Notes under the pieces: generated by a model
Told to the model about the DNA's origin: nothing
Database searches by the model: none
What the model saw: only the letters and a program-made list of their open reading frames with translations
Assembly (NCBI RefSeq): GCF_009914755.1
Contig: NC_060929.1
Source of the DNA: the human T2T-CHM13v2.0 reference genome, Homo sapiens
Strand: one strand, 5' to 3'
DNA: 64,000 nt
Made by a program: the position numbers and the translations under genes
Shown: piece after piece, positions 15,930 to 27,703 of the stretch
How the letters are laid out: each line of letters starts with the position of its first letter
Position numbering within the stretch: the stretch's first letter is position 1

Positions 15930-17680
15930 AAATTTTTTTGTGGGTACATAGTAGTTGTATATATTTATGGGGTACATGAGATATTTTGGTACAGTAATGC
16001 AGATACTTTTGTATGAGTAGTAATCACATCATGGAAAGTTGGGTATCCATCCTCAAGGATTTATCCTTCATGTTACAAACAATCCAATTATACTCTTTTA
16101 GTTATTTTTAAATGTACGGTGAAGTTATTGTTCACTATAGTCACCTTGCTGTGCTGTTAAATACTAGATCTTATTCATTCTTTCTATTTTTTTTTTTCGT
16201 ACCCATTAACCATCCTCACCTTCCCCCAACTAAACTTCTCAGCCTCTGGTAACCAACCTTCTACTCTCTATCTCCATGAGTTCAATTGTTTTGATTTTCA
16301 GATGCCAGAAATAAGTGAAAACATTTTTTTCTAACTATCATTTTTGTACCCAGTAAGCATCCCCACCTCCCCATTACCCTCCCACTATCTTTCCCAGCCT
16401 CTGGTAACCATTTTTCTACTCCCTACCTTCAATGAGTTCAATTGTTTTCATTTTTAGATTCCACAAATAAGTGAGAATATGTGAGGTTTGTCTTTTTGTG
16501 TCTGGCTTATTTCACTTAGCAGAGTGACCTCCTGTTCCATCCACGTTGTTGCAAATAACAGGATCTCATTTTTTTTTATGGCTGAAAAGTAATTCATTTT
16601 GTATAAGTATCACATTTTCCTTTTCCATTCATATGTTGATGGACACTTCAGTTGTTTCCAAATTTTGGCTGTTGTGAACAGTGCTGCAACAAACATGGAA
16701 GTGCAGATATCTCTCTGATATCTCATTTCCTTTCTTTTGGGTATATACCCAGCAGTGGGATTGCTGGATCATATGGTAGCTCAATTTTTAGCTTTTTGAG
16801 GAAGCTCCAAACTGTTTTCCATAGTGGTCGTACTAATTTACATTCCCACCAACAGTGTACAAGGGTTCCCTTTTCTCCACATCCTTGCAAGCATTTGTTA
16901 TTGCCTGTCTTTTGGATATAAGTATTTTAACTTGGGTAGATGATATCTCACTGTAGTTTTGATTTGCGTTTCTCTGATGACCAATGATGATGAACATCTT
17001 TTCATATGCCCGTTTGCCATTTGTATGTCTTCTTCTGAGAAATGTCTATTCAAATCTTTTGAGTATTTTTTATTTGGATTATTAGACTTTTTTCCTATAG
17101 AGTTGTTTGAGCTCCATATAAATTCTGGTTATTAATCCCTTATTAGATGGGTGTGTTGCAAATATTTTCTCCTATTCTGTGGATTGTCTTTTTACTTTGT
17201 TGTTTCTTTTAACGTCCAGAAGCTTTTTAACTTGATGTGATTCCATTTGTCCATTTTTGCTTTCGTTACCTGTGCTTGTAGGGTATTGCTCAAGAAATTT
17301 TTTCTCAGACCAATGTCTGAGAGAGTTTCCTCAATGATTTCTTGTAGTAGCTTTATAGTTTGATGCCCTGGATTTAAGCCTATAATACATTTTGATTTGA
17401 TTTTTGTATATGGCTAGAGATAGGGGTCTAGTTTCATTCTTCTGCATATGGATACCCAGTTTTTCCAGCACCATTTATTGAAGAGACTATCTATTCCCCA
17501 GTATATTTTCTTGACATCTCTGTCAAACATGAACCTTCAAAGTGTTTGTTATAGTGGTTGCACTAATTACATTCCCACCAAACGTGTACAAGGGTTCCCT
17601 TTTCTCTACATCCTTGCCATCATTTGTTATTGCCTGACTTTTAGATAAAAGCCATTTTAAGTAGGGCAAGATGGTATCTA
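15930..17680 (-). mobile_element. L1MA (L1MA1-4-like) 5'-truncated element with internal duplicated segments
   Basis: 3' end tgggtacatagtag...atttatggggtacatgagatattt, followed by continuous antisense L1 3'UTR and ORF2 end. Confidence 0.85.
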
Positions 17681-19439
17681 ATCTTAATTACGTTAATGCA
17701 TGATGCCATTGACTGTATTGACTTCTTAGTAATAATCAGGGCTTCTTGAGTTCGGTTTCCAATTATCTTCATAATTTTAGTTTGAGTTCTATTACTTACC
17801 TCTTTTCTCCAAGATCACTTAAAATAGTCATGGTTATTATAACTATAGAAATAAGGCATGGTTTATTATAACAATAAAAACAAGCTTATATTTTAGTTGT
17901 ATTTGCACATATATAAAACTATAACTTAAGCCATTGTAGAAGAAAAAGTTATTTATTCTCTAGTTTATTTTCCCTTTTTGAACCAAATGAGAAGCTGAAA
18001 AAGCAACTAGATTTTGGAAATACAGGCATGTTTTCTGTCTGTTTTCCCTGTGTTCTTTACATCTTGTATCCTCTTTGTCTACTGAAATTCCACATGTGCT
18101 TCCAAATTTAGTGCAAACTCTTTCCACTGAGGACTTTTCAGTCTATTCCAGGCCATGGTGAACACACTTTTTTTTTTCTCAACAGTGTTAGTAGGTACAG
18201 TCTTCTTTTCTCCGCTAATTAACTATATGTGACTTCCTACATTTCTAGTATCCTCATTTTACTTTTTTCTTATACTTTTTTCCCATGTGTTCATGTCTTG
18301 TTTCTCCAAGAATATAGTAAGTACTTCCTTTGAGACTGAAAAATCACATCTTACAATTTACTTTCCCTGTCAAGCCTGGATCAATGTCTCACACACATTA
18401 AGCAATCAATAATTTTTGTTTGTTTTATAGAATGCAGAGATGCATGGACAACGCTCTAGGCCAAAAGAGTGACACACAATATGCTCGGCACTGTGGCCAA
18501 ATCAGATCCTTTACATAATTTTGCTAATCTTTTGTTATTTATGCCTGTTACATGAATATCTTAAAATTTATAAGATGCTGGTATAGCTTCACAGTATGAT
18601 TATGGCCATTTTAGTTAACTTTAAACACATTTTTAGAAGGCATTTAAAAAATCAACAAGTGTGTAGTTTAGAAAAGATGATTCAGAATTACACTAAATAA
18701 ATATACATACAAATTATGTTTTCTTGCATAACTATCTATTCGACAAATTAAAGGTCAGCAGGATGGGATTACACTCTCAGCCTAATTCATGCTCTGTGAA
18801 AATGAAATATACTGACATTCTATATTCTACTGGGACACATGATCTGTACCTATTTTAAGCCCATGGCTCTTCACAATCCATTGTTTAAAAATAGATCAGT
18901 TCTGAACTTTGGAGACAGGCTCAGAAGGGCATTAACCTCTTTCTTGACAGTTAAGTTTGCCATTTTGCTCTAATCAAATCAGTATAAGTCTGCTCATGTT
19001 AAAAATAGACATTCTTGCTTTGTACACATTCCAACAGGCACTCATAAACAGAAGGTTCTACCTAGTTCTATTAGGTTCTACTAATGAATCTAATTAGTTT
19101 TTATTTTTAAATATACTGCCAGCATTTATAGAAGTATACATGAGTCTTATGATTCTAACATTTCAATATCAAATTTTGATGCTAAGGCAATGTCTCCAGG
19201 AAACTGGCTGATAAAATGAAGGGAAAGCTTACTAGCAGATTGTTTGAATACATTCCAAAAGAAATGGGGCATATGATATTGCTGGGTTTGGTGTCCCTCC
19301 TGAGTACTGGCCTGATACCCTTTGAATCACCCTTTCAGCACTTGCAAATAACTACATACAATTAGTTATTTAAATGTTTGTCACTCCCTAAAATATAACA
19401 GCCGTAAGAGCTCTATCCTATTTTTCACTGCATTGTAGT

Positions 19440-19650
19440 AACATTAAGAGTTAAATTCTACTGTGTACTTACTATGTGCCAGGCACTTTTCTGCATTTTT
19501 ATGTGTTTTGCTCACTTAATCTTTACAACTCTGTGAAGCAGTTATGATCATTATTCACATTTCAAGATGAGAAAAATGAAGTACACATAAGTTAAGAAAA
19601 TAGCTCAGAGTTGAACATCTAGTTAGTAGCGGAGCTGGATTTAAATGAGG
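19440..19650 (-). mobile_element. MIR SINE
   Basis: ttactatgtgccaggcact...ttaatctttacaactctgtgaag...agatgagaaaaatgaag...gagctggatttaaa. Confidence 0.7.
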
Positions 19651-20379
19651 CTTGTGGAAGGAGGGCCATCTGGTAATCGTGATGTGAAATAGCCCCTCAG
19701 TAGTAGGTTCTCATCCATTATGTGTTATATAGCTGAAAAATTGCGTATACTTATTAATGGTGGTACAGAAAATCACAAAAAGGATTTAAACTATCCCAAA
19801 CAATGAAGCTTTGGATATTTCTCAGCAGCCAGGGGCAAATAAGAGCATGTTAAGTGGATGGGAGGAGAATCAAGGAGGAGGGCTCTCCAGGGAAAGCCAG
19901 GTCAGGCAGCAACTGAGAGGGAGGGGAGGATACTAGGGATTACTGAAGCCAACTTTGCAGACTCATACATTTGACTAGACACAGCCAGAGCGCAACCAGA
20001 GAGTACAGATTAGAGATAATGAATATACCACACAGTAATAGTTTTAATTTAAAATGCTATGTTTTGGGGTAACATCTTAAGAATTTTCCTCAGAAAACTG
20101 TAATGTTCCTTTACTATCTGACCCAAGTATTTTAGTGCACAGTGGAATGATAATTTTTTAAGATGACTTTACAATCACTTCCCAGAAGGCTGACAATTCC
20201 AGTGGAGCTCAGTGTGCAGGACGTACAGCCTAGCTTGAGGATGAACAACACACAACTGTTATCTGCCACTGTGAATCTTCTATACCTTGAAGTGTCTCAA
20301 TATTTAGGTTTGGACAGGGGAACTTGAACAATTGTTTGATGAGTCATTGACATAATCTAGGTAGAACCGGTGTAGCAAT

Positions 20380-20766
20380 GGTTTTATCCAATTTGGGCTG
20401 CTACACAAAAGTATCACAGACTGGGTGGCTTAAGAATAAAAAAAAATTATTTCTCACAGTTCTGGTTTGGAGGTTGGGAAATCTAAGATCAAGGTGCTGG
20501 CAGACTTTGTCTAGTGAGGGGCCACTTCCTGGTTCATAGACAGTGAGCTTTTTGCTGTGTTCTCCTCATATGGCAGAAGGGATCAGAGATCACTCTGGGA
20601 CTTCTTTTATAAAAGCACTGATCCCATTCATGAGGGCTCCACCCTCATGGCCTAATCACCTCCCAAAGGCCCCTTCCTCTTAACCTCCTAATATCATCAC
20701 CTTGGGGATTAGGATTTCAACATATGAACTGGGGGCAGAGGGCATAAATACTCACCTTAGTAGCAA
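20380..20766 (-). mobile_element. MLT1A/MSTD-like MaLR solo LTR
   Basis: cagactgggtggctta...tttctcacagttctgg...aagatcaaggtgctggcaga...ggattaggatttcaacatatgaa. Confidence 0.8.
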
Positions 20767-21284
20767 TATAAAAGAAAAACCAACATATTTTCTATCTATT
20801 CCATGAATGTGATTGGGTTATAGTGATTGATTAGACAGAACATTTGTATACCCTCTATAATGGTACCTTCCTCTTCGCCCCACCATCTTTACCCCATCCT
20901 CCAAGTGAGCTCTGCATTGAATGACTAATGCATAAACACGGAGAACTTTTAAAAGTTTTTAAAGTTATAAAGTATTTTTCTTCTTAAAGTTAAAAAGAAA
21001 CTATTTTTTCACATAAAAATAGGATGTTATGTCATACAGTGCATATACCAAACATAATCACAGAGGAATCTAAAGATGCCAGCATGCTTTTGTAATACAT
21101 TAAAAATACATGGACCATAGTATAACTGACAGTGATACTAAGAAAGTTCTGTGGACAGAAGACTTTGTTTTGAGCATCACTTTTCTTATCCATATAAGCA
21201 CAAGCACTACTGTTCTCTTGGCAAAATGCTGTCTCTAAGCTTTAACACTCAGTCACTCTGAGATGATTTGCCAAGTAGGTAATC

Positions 21285-23600
21285 CTTATTTATTGTGTAC
21301 TTATTAATTTTTTCCACGAAGTAATTACAAAATATGTACTATCTGAGGGTTGGAGTCATAGAGGAAGTTAAGAAAGATAGTCCTTGCTTTTCCAGATCCT
21401 GAGTTCATATAGCAGAACAGGGAATGAACAAATAAATATTAAGGGCAAATAAGACAATATAATAATATGCATACAACAAAAACACTGATGTGATTGATGG
21501 AGAATGACTGAGAGGGAACTAATTTGGATGAGCTTCTCAGGGAAGGCCTCTTCAGGAGATAACATTTGTATTGAGATTTGAACAATAAGAATGGGCTAGT
21601 TATCTGCTAAAGGTGTTTCAACAATTTGTCTCTAACACACAAAAAAAGATAAATCACCTAATTTTTGCCACAAAAGTGAAAATAGGAGAATGCTTTCAAT
21701 AAAGTAGTGTTTTTGAAATATCAGCTAACTGAATTAATTTTATATGCATGGTATGAGGTTTTTGTAAGAGGTTTCAAAGTTCTCACAAATGTAGTTCTTA
21801 CCGCCATTTTACATCTTCGGGCTTCACAGTATTAAAACACATTGAAAGGAGAGTCTGAAGTATAAAATGGATAAAACATAGTACAGACTTAACTGATAAT
21901 GAATATAGACTAATTTTAACTTTCTTTACCACTGCATTTTACATTCTTTCTCTACTTTTAGGCAAAAGTCATTTGTATAAGTTTGTGAGACAATGAAGGT
22001 ATGACCTATTCCTCACTTTTATAAGTTTCTGAATTCCCAGACTTGTGTTAAATCACTGCTCTTAACTATATATTAATGCCTCAAATTATGCAATACTTTC
22101 ATAAGCTTTCTTATTTAATGAAGTATTTTAGGTTGAAATCATACTATAAGATAACATGTTGTTGACATAAAATTGAATTTATGATGAGCAATTCTAATCA
22201 TGTATATTAGATGTGTGTATACACATTTTAATATTTTTATCTTTTGTCACAAAATACATATCAAATAATTGAACTTTGCCTTTCTGGATATCCTAGTTCA
22301 CTCATTTAGCATTTATTTGTCATTCAATGTCTTCTATGTGCCAGGCACTTTCTAGACACTAAGAACATGACCCAAACACACCTTTGCCTAAGTTGATTCC
22401 TCCTCTCCCAAGTGAAACACAGCTTTTGAAAGGTGAATTGATATATTTTACTGCTTTTTAGACATTTTTTGTAATCTATCACTGTGACTTGAATGTAGTA
22501 GGTACATAATACTCCAATTTGATGTTATATTTCTCATCGTTCTTACTAAACTTTTCTTCAAAAATCAGGTCTGGGTTTTTAGACTCAGTGTCATTTTAGT
22601 AATAACTTGTTATCTTTCTGCCATACGTTTCTTTACTTTCTTATTCTACTCATGCTTTTTCCCTTCAAATAAACTGTTAACTTATGTATAGCATTAAACT
22701 TAGACCTTTGTGTGATTCTGATATTAGAAAAGCAAAAGCTGAAGAGTAGGGAAGCACATGGAGAAACCCTGTTTTCACCTTTACAAGGTGTTAACTGGCT
22801 GAGCATTTCATGCTTCCACTTCTAGGATCTCTCATTTTATTAAGCAGTCATGATTCTTAGTATGATTTTCATTCACGACTGTGTTAAAGAAGACCTTTTA
22901 CTCAGTAAATATTTCATGACTTCCTACTGCATGCTGGTTACTAGAAATACAAGGATATTAAGCACAGCTCCTATCCCCAAGAAGCTCATAGTCTTTAAAG
23001 AGATAATAAACTAACAAATGATAAATGCTGTGAGAGAGACAGAGTAGTGACAGAAAATTTATGAATGAGGTTAGGTAACTTATAAATGGTAAAAATGCTT
23101 ACAGGAAAGTAGAAGGTAAGCTGAGTAGAAAGGAATGAAGATACGGTAGCATGAAGAAAGGCAAAAAGGCCATCAATAGCATTTATTTTCCAGGAAATTG
23201 TCAATAATACTCTATAGATGAAGCATTAATGTGAAGAAAGGAAGACTAAGGCAGGCCATGAAGAGCCTCTGTGTCATATGAAGGAGTTTGGGTGTTTTCC
23301 CTGAAGGGAATAAGAGGTCATGAGCAGGTTCTAAGAAGAAAGTTACATTGTCAAATTTGGGTTTTATATCAATCAATATGGTAGCTCTGTAATGGAATGC
23401 ATTTTAGCTAATTGACATTCAAGCCAGGGAGAAAAGTTGTGACAGATGTTGAGGTAATGTTGAGAACCTGAATATGGCATTTAAATATATAAAGAAAAAA
23501 TATTAGTCACAATTTAGCAATTGAATGATTGTAGGAATTGAGGAAATAAAAGGTTTGTCAGAGGATGCACGTAAAAGTGAAAAGTGGATATTTTTTCCAG
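21285..23600. mobile_element. Region containing scattered L2 remnants
   Basis: L2 3'-like motifs at ~21290-21600, ~22300-22370 (ttctatgtgccaggcact) and ~22900-23550. Highly degenerate and not continuous. Confidence 0.45.
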
Positions 23601-23644
23601 TGAAGATCAGTGTAAATTATGGTGTGGCAGGAGGAAGAATAGTT

Positions 23645-23960
<316 letters not shown>

Positions 23961-24411
23961 GGGAAGAATAGTTAATAAAACACATGACACAGAAAATGTT
24001 CTTGTTATCTTCATTATATATTACCTTGAGAATTTTCTGCCTAGAAGAATACTTCCCATTTAAGGGTACACATTACTAGGGTTCATTTTTATTCTCAGTT
24101 GTGCTGTTGTCTTTCTGCAGTCTTTCAATGAGATTTTATTCTGGAATCCTAACTTCTCCATGCCTTCTTAGAATATATGCTTCAATTTATCTTGTCTTTC
24201 TGTCTTTTGATTTGATATTTATTCCTGATACTGTCTGTTGGATTACCTTTGTCTCCTTGCTATGATCTGTCTCACTCTACTTTGAACCTCTCCAGGCCCC
24301 TGAGAATCCAATCTGGTTCCAGTGTCCTGAAATTCTGCTTTTCTTGTGAAGAAGTTTTAGATTTAAAAAGCAAAATATGTTGATAGAGTTTTTTTTTTTA
24401 AACAACTGATA

Positions 24412-25965
24412 CCAGGGTCTTCAAAAAGCTTATGGAAGGTGCATATTATGAAAAAGCTATATATGAATTTCCTATTTTCTTTATCAAAATAAACTTGTAG
24501 AAACTTCTTACAACACATCTGAATAGGATCTAGTTTAAGGCACTAAGAAGAATGAGACATCAGTTTTAAAATAGCCTCTCTCAGAGCGATATGAATTATA
24601 AAATTGAAGCAGGAGCAAACATCCAATTCATGCTGAAGCTTGGATGGAAGAATGAGCTATCCATCTATAAACTGCTAATTCATTTGGGGCATCATTTCCA
24701 TAAAGTTTTAGTAAAAAATCCTTTTTGCATTCCCTCAATGAGATTTTAACTAGATAACATTTCCTTAACTTCTTGGAATATATCCTTCATTCTATCTTAT
24801 CTTTCTGTCTTTTTATTTGATCTTTATTCCTGATACTGTTTTGTAAAGAATGCTTCACAGAAACTTTATGGAAACAATGTCCTAAATGAATCAGCCGTTC
24901 ACAGATGGATCACTCATTTTAAGAAGGAATGAGACAATGTTGAAGATGAAGCCCATAACAGCAGATCATCTGCATCAATTTGCAAGGAAAAAATTCAACC
25001 TGTTTTTGCCTTATTTGAAGGAGACCAATGATTAATAGCGGAAACAATAACCAACATCGTAGACATCACAATTGCTCAGCTTTCACAATTCTGACTCAAA
25101 AATTAAACTTAAGCAAACTTTCCACTCCATTAGTACCAAAACCATTGCAGCCAGATCAGCTGCAGATAAGAGTGGAGCTTTCAATGGAAGTTTTAAACAA
25201 ATGTGATAAATATCCTGAAGCATTTCTTCAAAGAATTTTAACTGGAGATAAAACATGGCTTTGCAAGTATGATCTTGAAGACAAAACATGATAAAAATAA
25301 TGGCTGCCAAGAGATGGAAGTGGTCCAGTCAAAGCAAAAGCAGACTGGTTAAGCGCAAAGGTGGCTCATGCCTGTAGTCTCTGTTACTCAGGAGGTTGAA
25401 CTGGGAGGATCACTTGAGCCTGGGAGGTAAAGGCTGCACTGAGCTATAGTTTCACCACTGCACTCCAGCCTGGATGACAGTGAGAACCTGTCTCAAGGAA
25501 AAATAACATCTGCTTATTATGAGAATATTTTCAGAGAGTTAGCTAAAGCTTTAGCAGAGAAACACCCAGGGAAGCTTCAGCAGAGTCTTACACCACTACA
25601 ACACTCCCACTCACTCTGCTCATCAAACAAGGGCAATTTTGTGAGAGTTTTGATGGGAGATCATTAGGCATCTACCTTATCGTCTCAATTTGGCTCTGTT
25701 TGACTTATTTTTGTTTCCTAATATTAAAAAAATCTGTAAAGGGCACCCATTTTTCTTCAGTGAATAATGTGAACCAGATTGCGTTGACATGGTTAAATTC
25801 CCAGGACCCTCAATTCTTTAGGGATGAACAACATGGCTCGTATCATTGCTTAGAAAAGGGTCTTGAACTTGATAGAGGTTATGGAGCTTATGTGGAGAAA
25901 TGAAGTGAATATTTTTACATTTATCTTTTAATTCCATTTTCTATGATCTTTTTGAAATCTTTTCA
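24412..25965 (+). mobile_element. Hsmar2 mariner transposon, near full length, with transposase pseudogene (~24591-25903) and two internal insertions
   Basis: TA-flanked TIRs (gggtcttcaaaaagcttatggaa ... ttctatgatctttttgaaatc). Translated remnants KLSTPLVPKPL (WVPKPL motif), RILTGDKTW (GDETW motif), LTWLNSQDPQFFRD and GAYVEK. Confidence 0.9.
25360..25503 (+). mobile_element. Alu monomer (FRAM or AluJ right arm) inside Hsmar2
   Basis: gtggctcatgcctgtagtc...ggaggatcacttgagcctgggagg...cactccagcctgg...tgtctcaa; no TSD seen. Confidence 0.88.
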
Positions 25966-25977
25966 TATATTTCTTTC

Positions 25978-26282
25978 CTTTTTTTTTTTTTGAGATGGAG
26001 TTTTGCTCTGTCACTGAGGCTGCAGTGCAGTGGATCTCAACTCACTGCAACCTCTGACTCCCAGGTTCAAGCAATTCCCCTGCCTTAGCCTCCCAACTAG
26101 CTGGGATTACAGGTGCATGCCACTACACCTGGCTATTTTTTTTTTTTTTTGTATTTTTTATTAGAGATGGAGTTTGCCATGTTGGCCAAACTGGTCTTAA
26201 ACTCCTGACCACAGGTGATCCACCTGCCTCGGCCACCCAAAATGCTGGGATTATAGGCAGGTGTGAGCCACTGCTCCCAGCT
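25978..26282 (-). mobile_element. AluS element inserted just beyond the Hsmar2 right end
   Basis: Antisense Alu dimer; TSD tatttctttc at 25968-25977 and 26283-26292. Confidence 0.93.
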
Positions 26283-27703
26283 TATTTCTTTCTTTTAACA
26301 AAATATAAAAAATTGAAGTATATTTCCAAAAGCAAAAATAGTTATACATTCTAATTTGATTGAGAAATTTGTAGGGAAAATAAACTAACCAATAGCAGAT
26401 ATTTAGCCTCATATTTTTAAAACTCTTAACTGGTATCTTATGGCTATTCAAAAAATATAAAAAACTTTTAGTGGGTACAGAAATTTAGATAAGTTTATAA
26501 ATGGTGAAGATATTAGTTGGAATACAAATACTTGTTTTTAAACTTATAGTAAACATACTAGGAATTTTAACAAAATTTGAAAACATAGACGAAATGTTCC
26601 TTGCACATAGGGGACTTTCAAGACAAAAGTGGAGAAAACAAATATGAAAAAATAATAATAACATGGGTAGAATGGATAAGTAGCACTCTTATATTACGGA
26701 CTAAGTACACTGAGGGCCAGAGAAAGGAGATATAAGATCCAGTCTCATAGCTGATCAAATAAGATAAATAGAAATAAATAGGTATTATTTGAATTCAATT
26801 TTCCCAAGAGAGGAGAGACATTTCTGGAACACATGTGGTAAAGGTGAGAAATCATAACTGATTTTTTCAAAACAGCAAGTTGCACAATTTTGTTGTAGGC
26901 CACTTTGCAACAGACATGACAGTGGGGGAAAGGAAAGCTGGAGATTTAGCTGTAGTCAGAGTATAGAGGGACTGGAAGATGAGCTTAGGGAGTCTATACT
27001 TGATTCAATTTATAATGCAAAGACTGAAAGTTTCTGAGCAGAGAAATGACTAACTTATGTAAATAAAAGATTAATTTGACCGTGGTATTTTAAATGGTAG
27101 TCAGAGAAATCAGACCAAATGCTGGAAGGCAAACTAAGGGAACAGTGAAAATAGTCTATGTGAGATGCTTTAGTTTAGGACAATGGCAGTGGGAAAGGAA
27201 GCAAAGGCATGAATGTAAGATGTATTACTAAAGTTAATTGATAGCATTTGATGATTGGATGTACAGAGCACAGAAAGAAAAGCTGCAAAATAGGGCTAAA
27301 GTTTTACATTCCAAATAACTTGTGAGAATGACTAAAGAATGTACAGAGAGACTTTAAGAGATAAAATGGTTTAATGATGGAAGAAAAATGACTTCATTAT
27401 ATAATCTACTACATGTGTGGGTGCAGGGGATATCATTTAGCTTTAGAGAAAATGAACTTTAAGGCAGGAACTTAGAACTACAGTTTATAGAATTGAAATG
27501 TGAGATAATATAAATAAAAGATAATAAATTCAAAGATACAGAATGAAAATCCAATGGCTCAGAAATGTTGCAGTGTTAAAGAAGCCAAAAAAAAATTAAA
27601 AATAAAAAAAATATATATATTGGGAGAGATTCAGGAACTGTGTTTTGTTAACAGCATAAAAAGTGGTCCCAGCATCTTAGAAAAATTATCAATAATTAAC
27701 AGG

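Noticed and set aside
18730-19000. Repeat-free stretch as a possible conserved enhancer (likewise ~10450-10950 and ~61240-61500)
   Set aside because: Conservation or activity cannot be judged from sequence alone, and I found no decisive motif such as a full REST site.
25028-25903. Domesticated, SETMAR-like transposase
   Set aside because: The frame is broken by stops, frameshifts and two insertions, and the catalytic motifs are degenerate.
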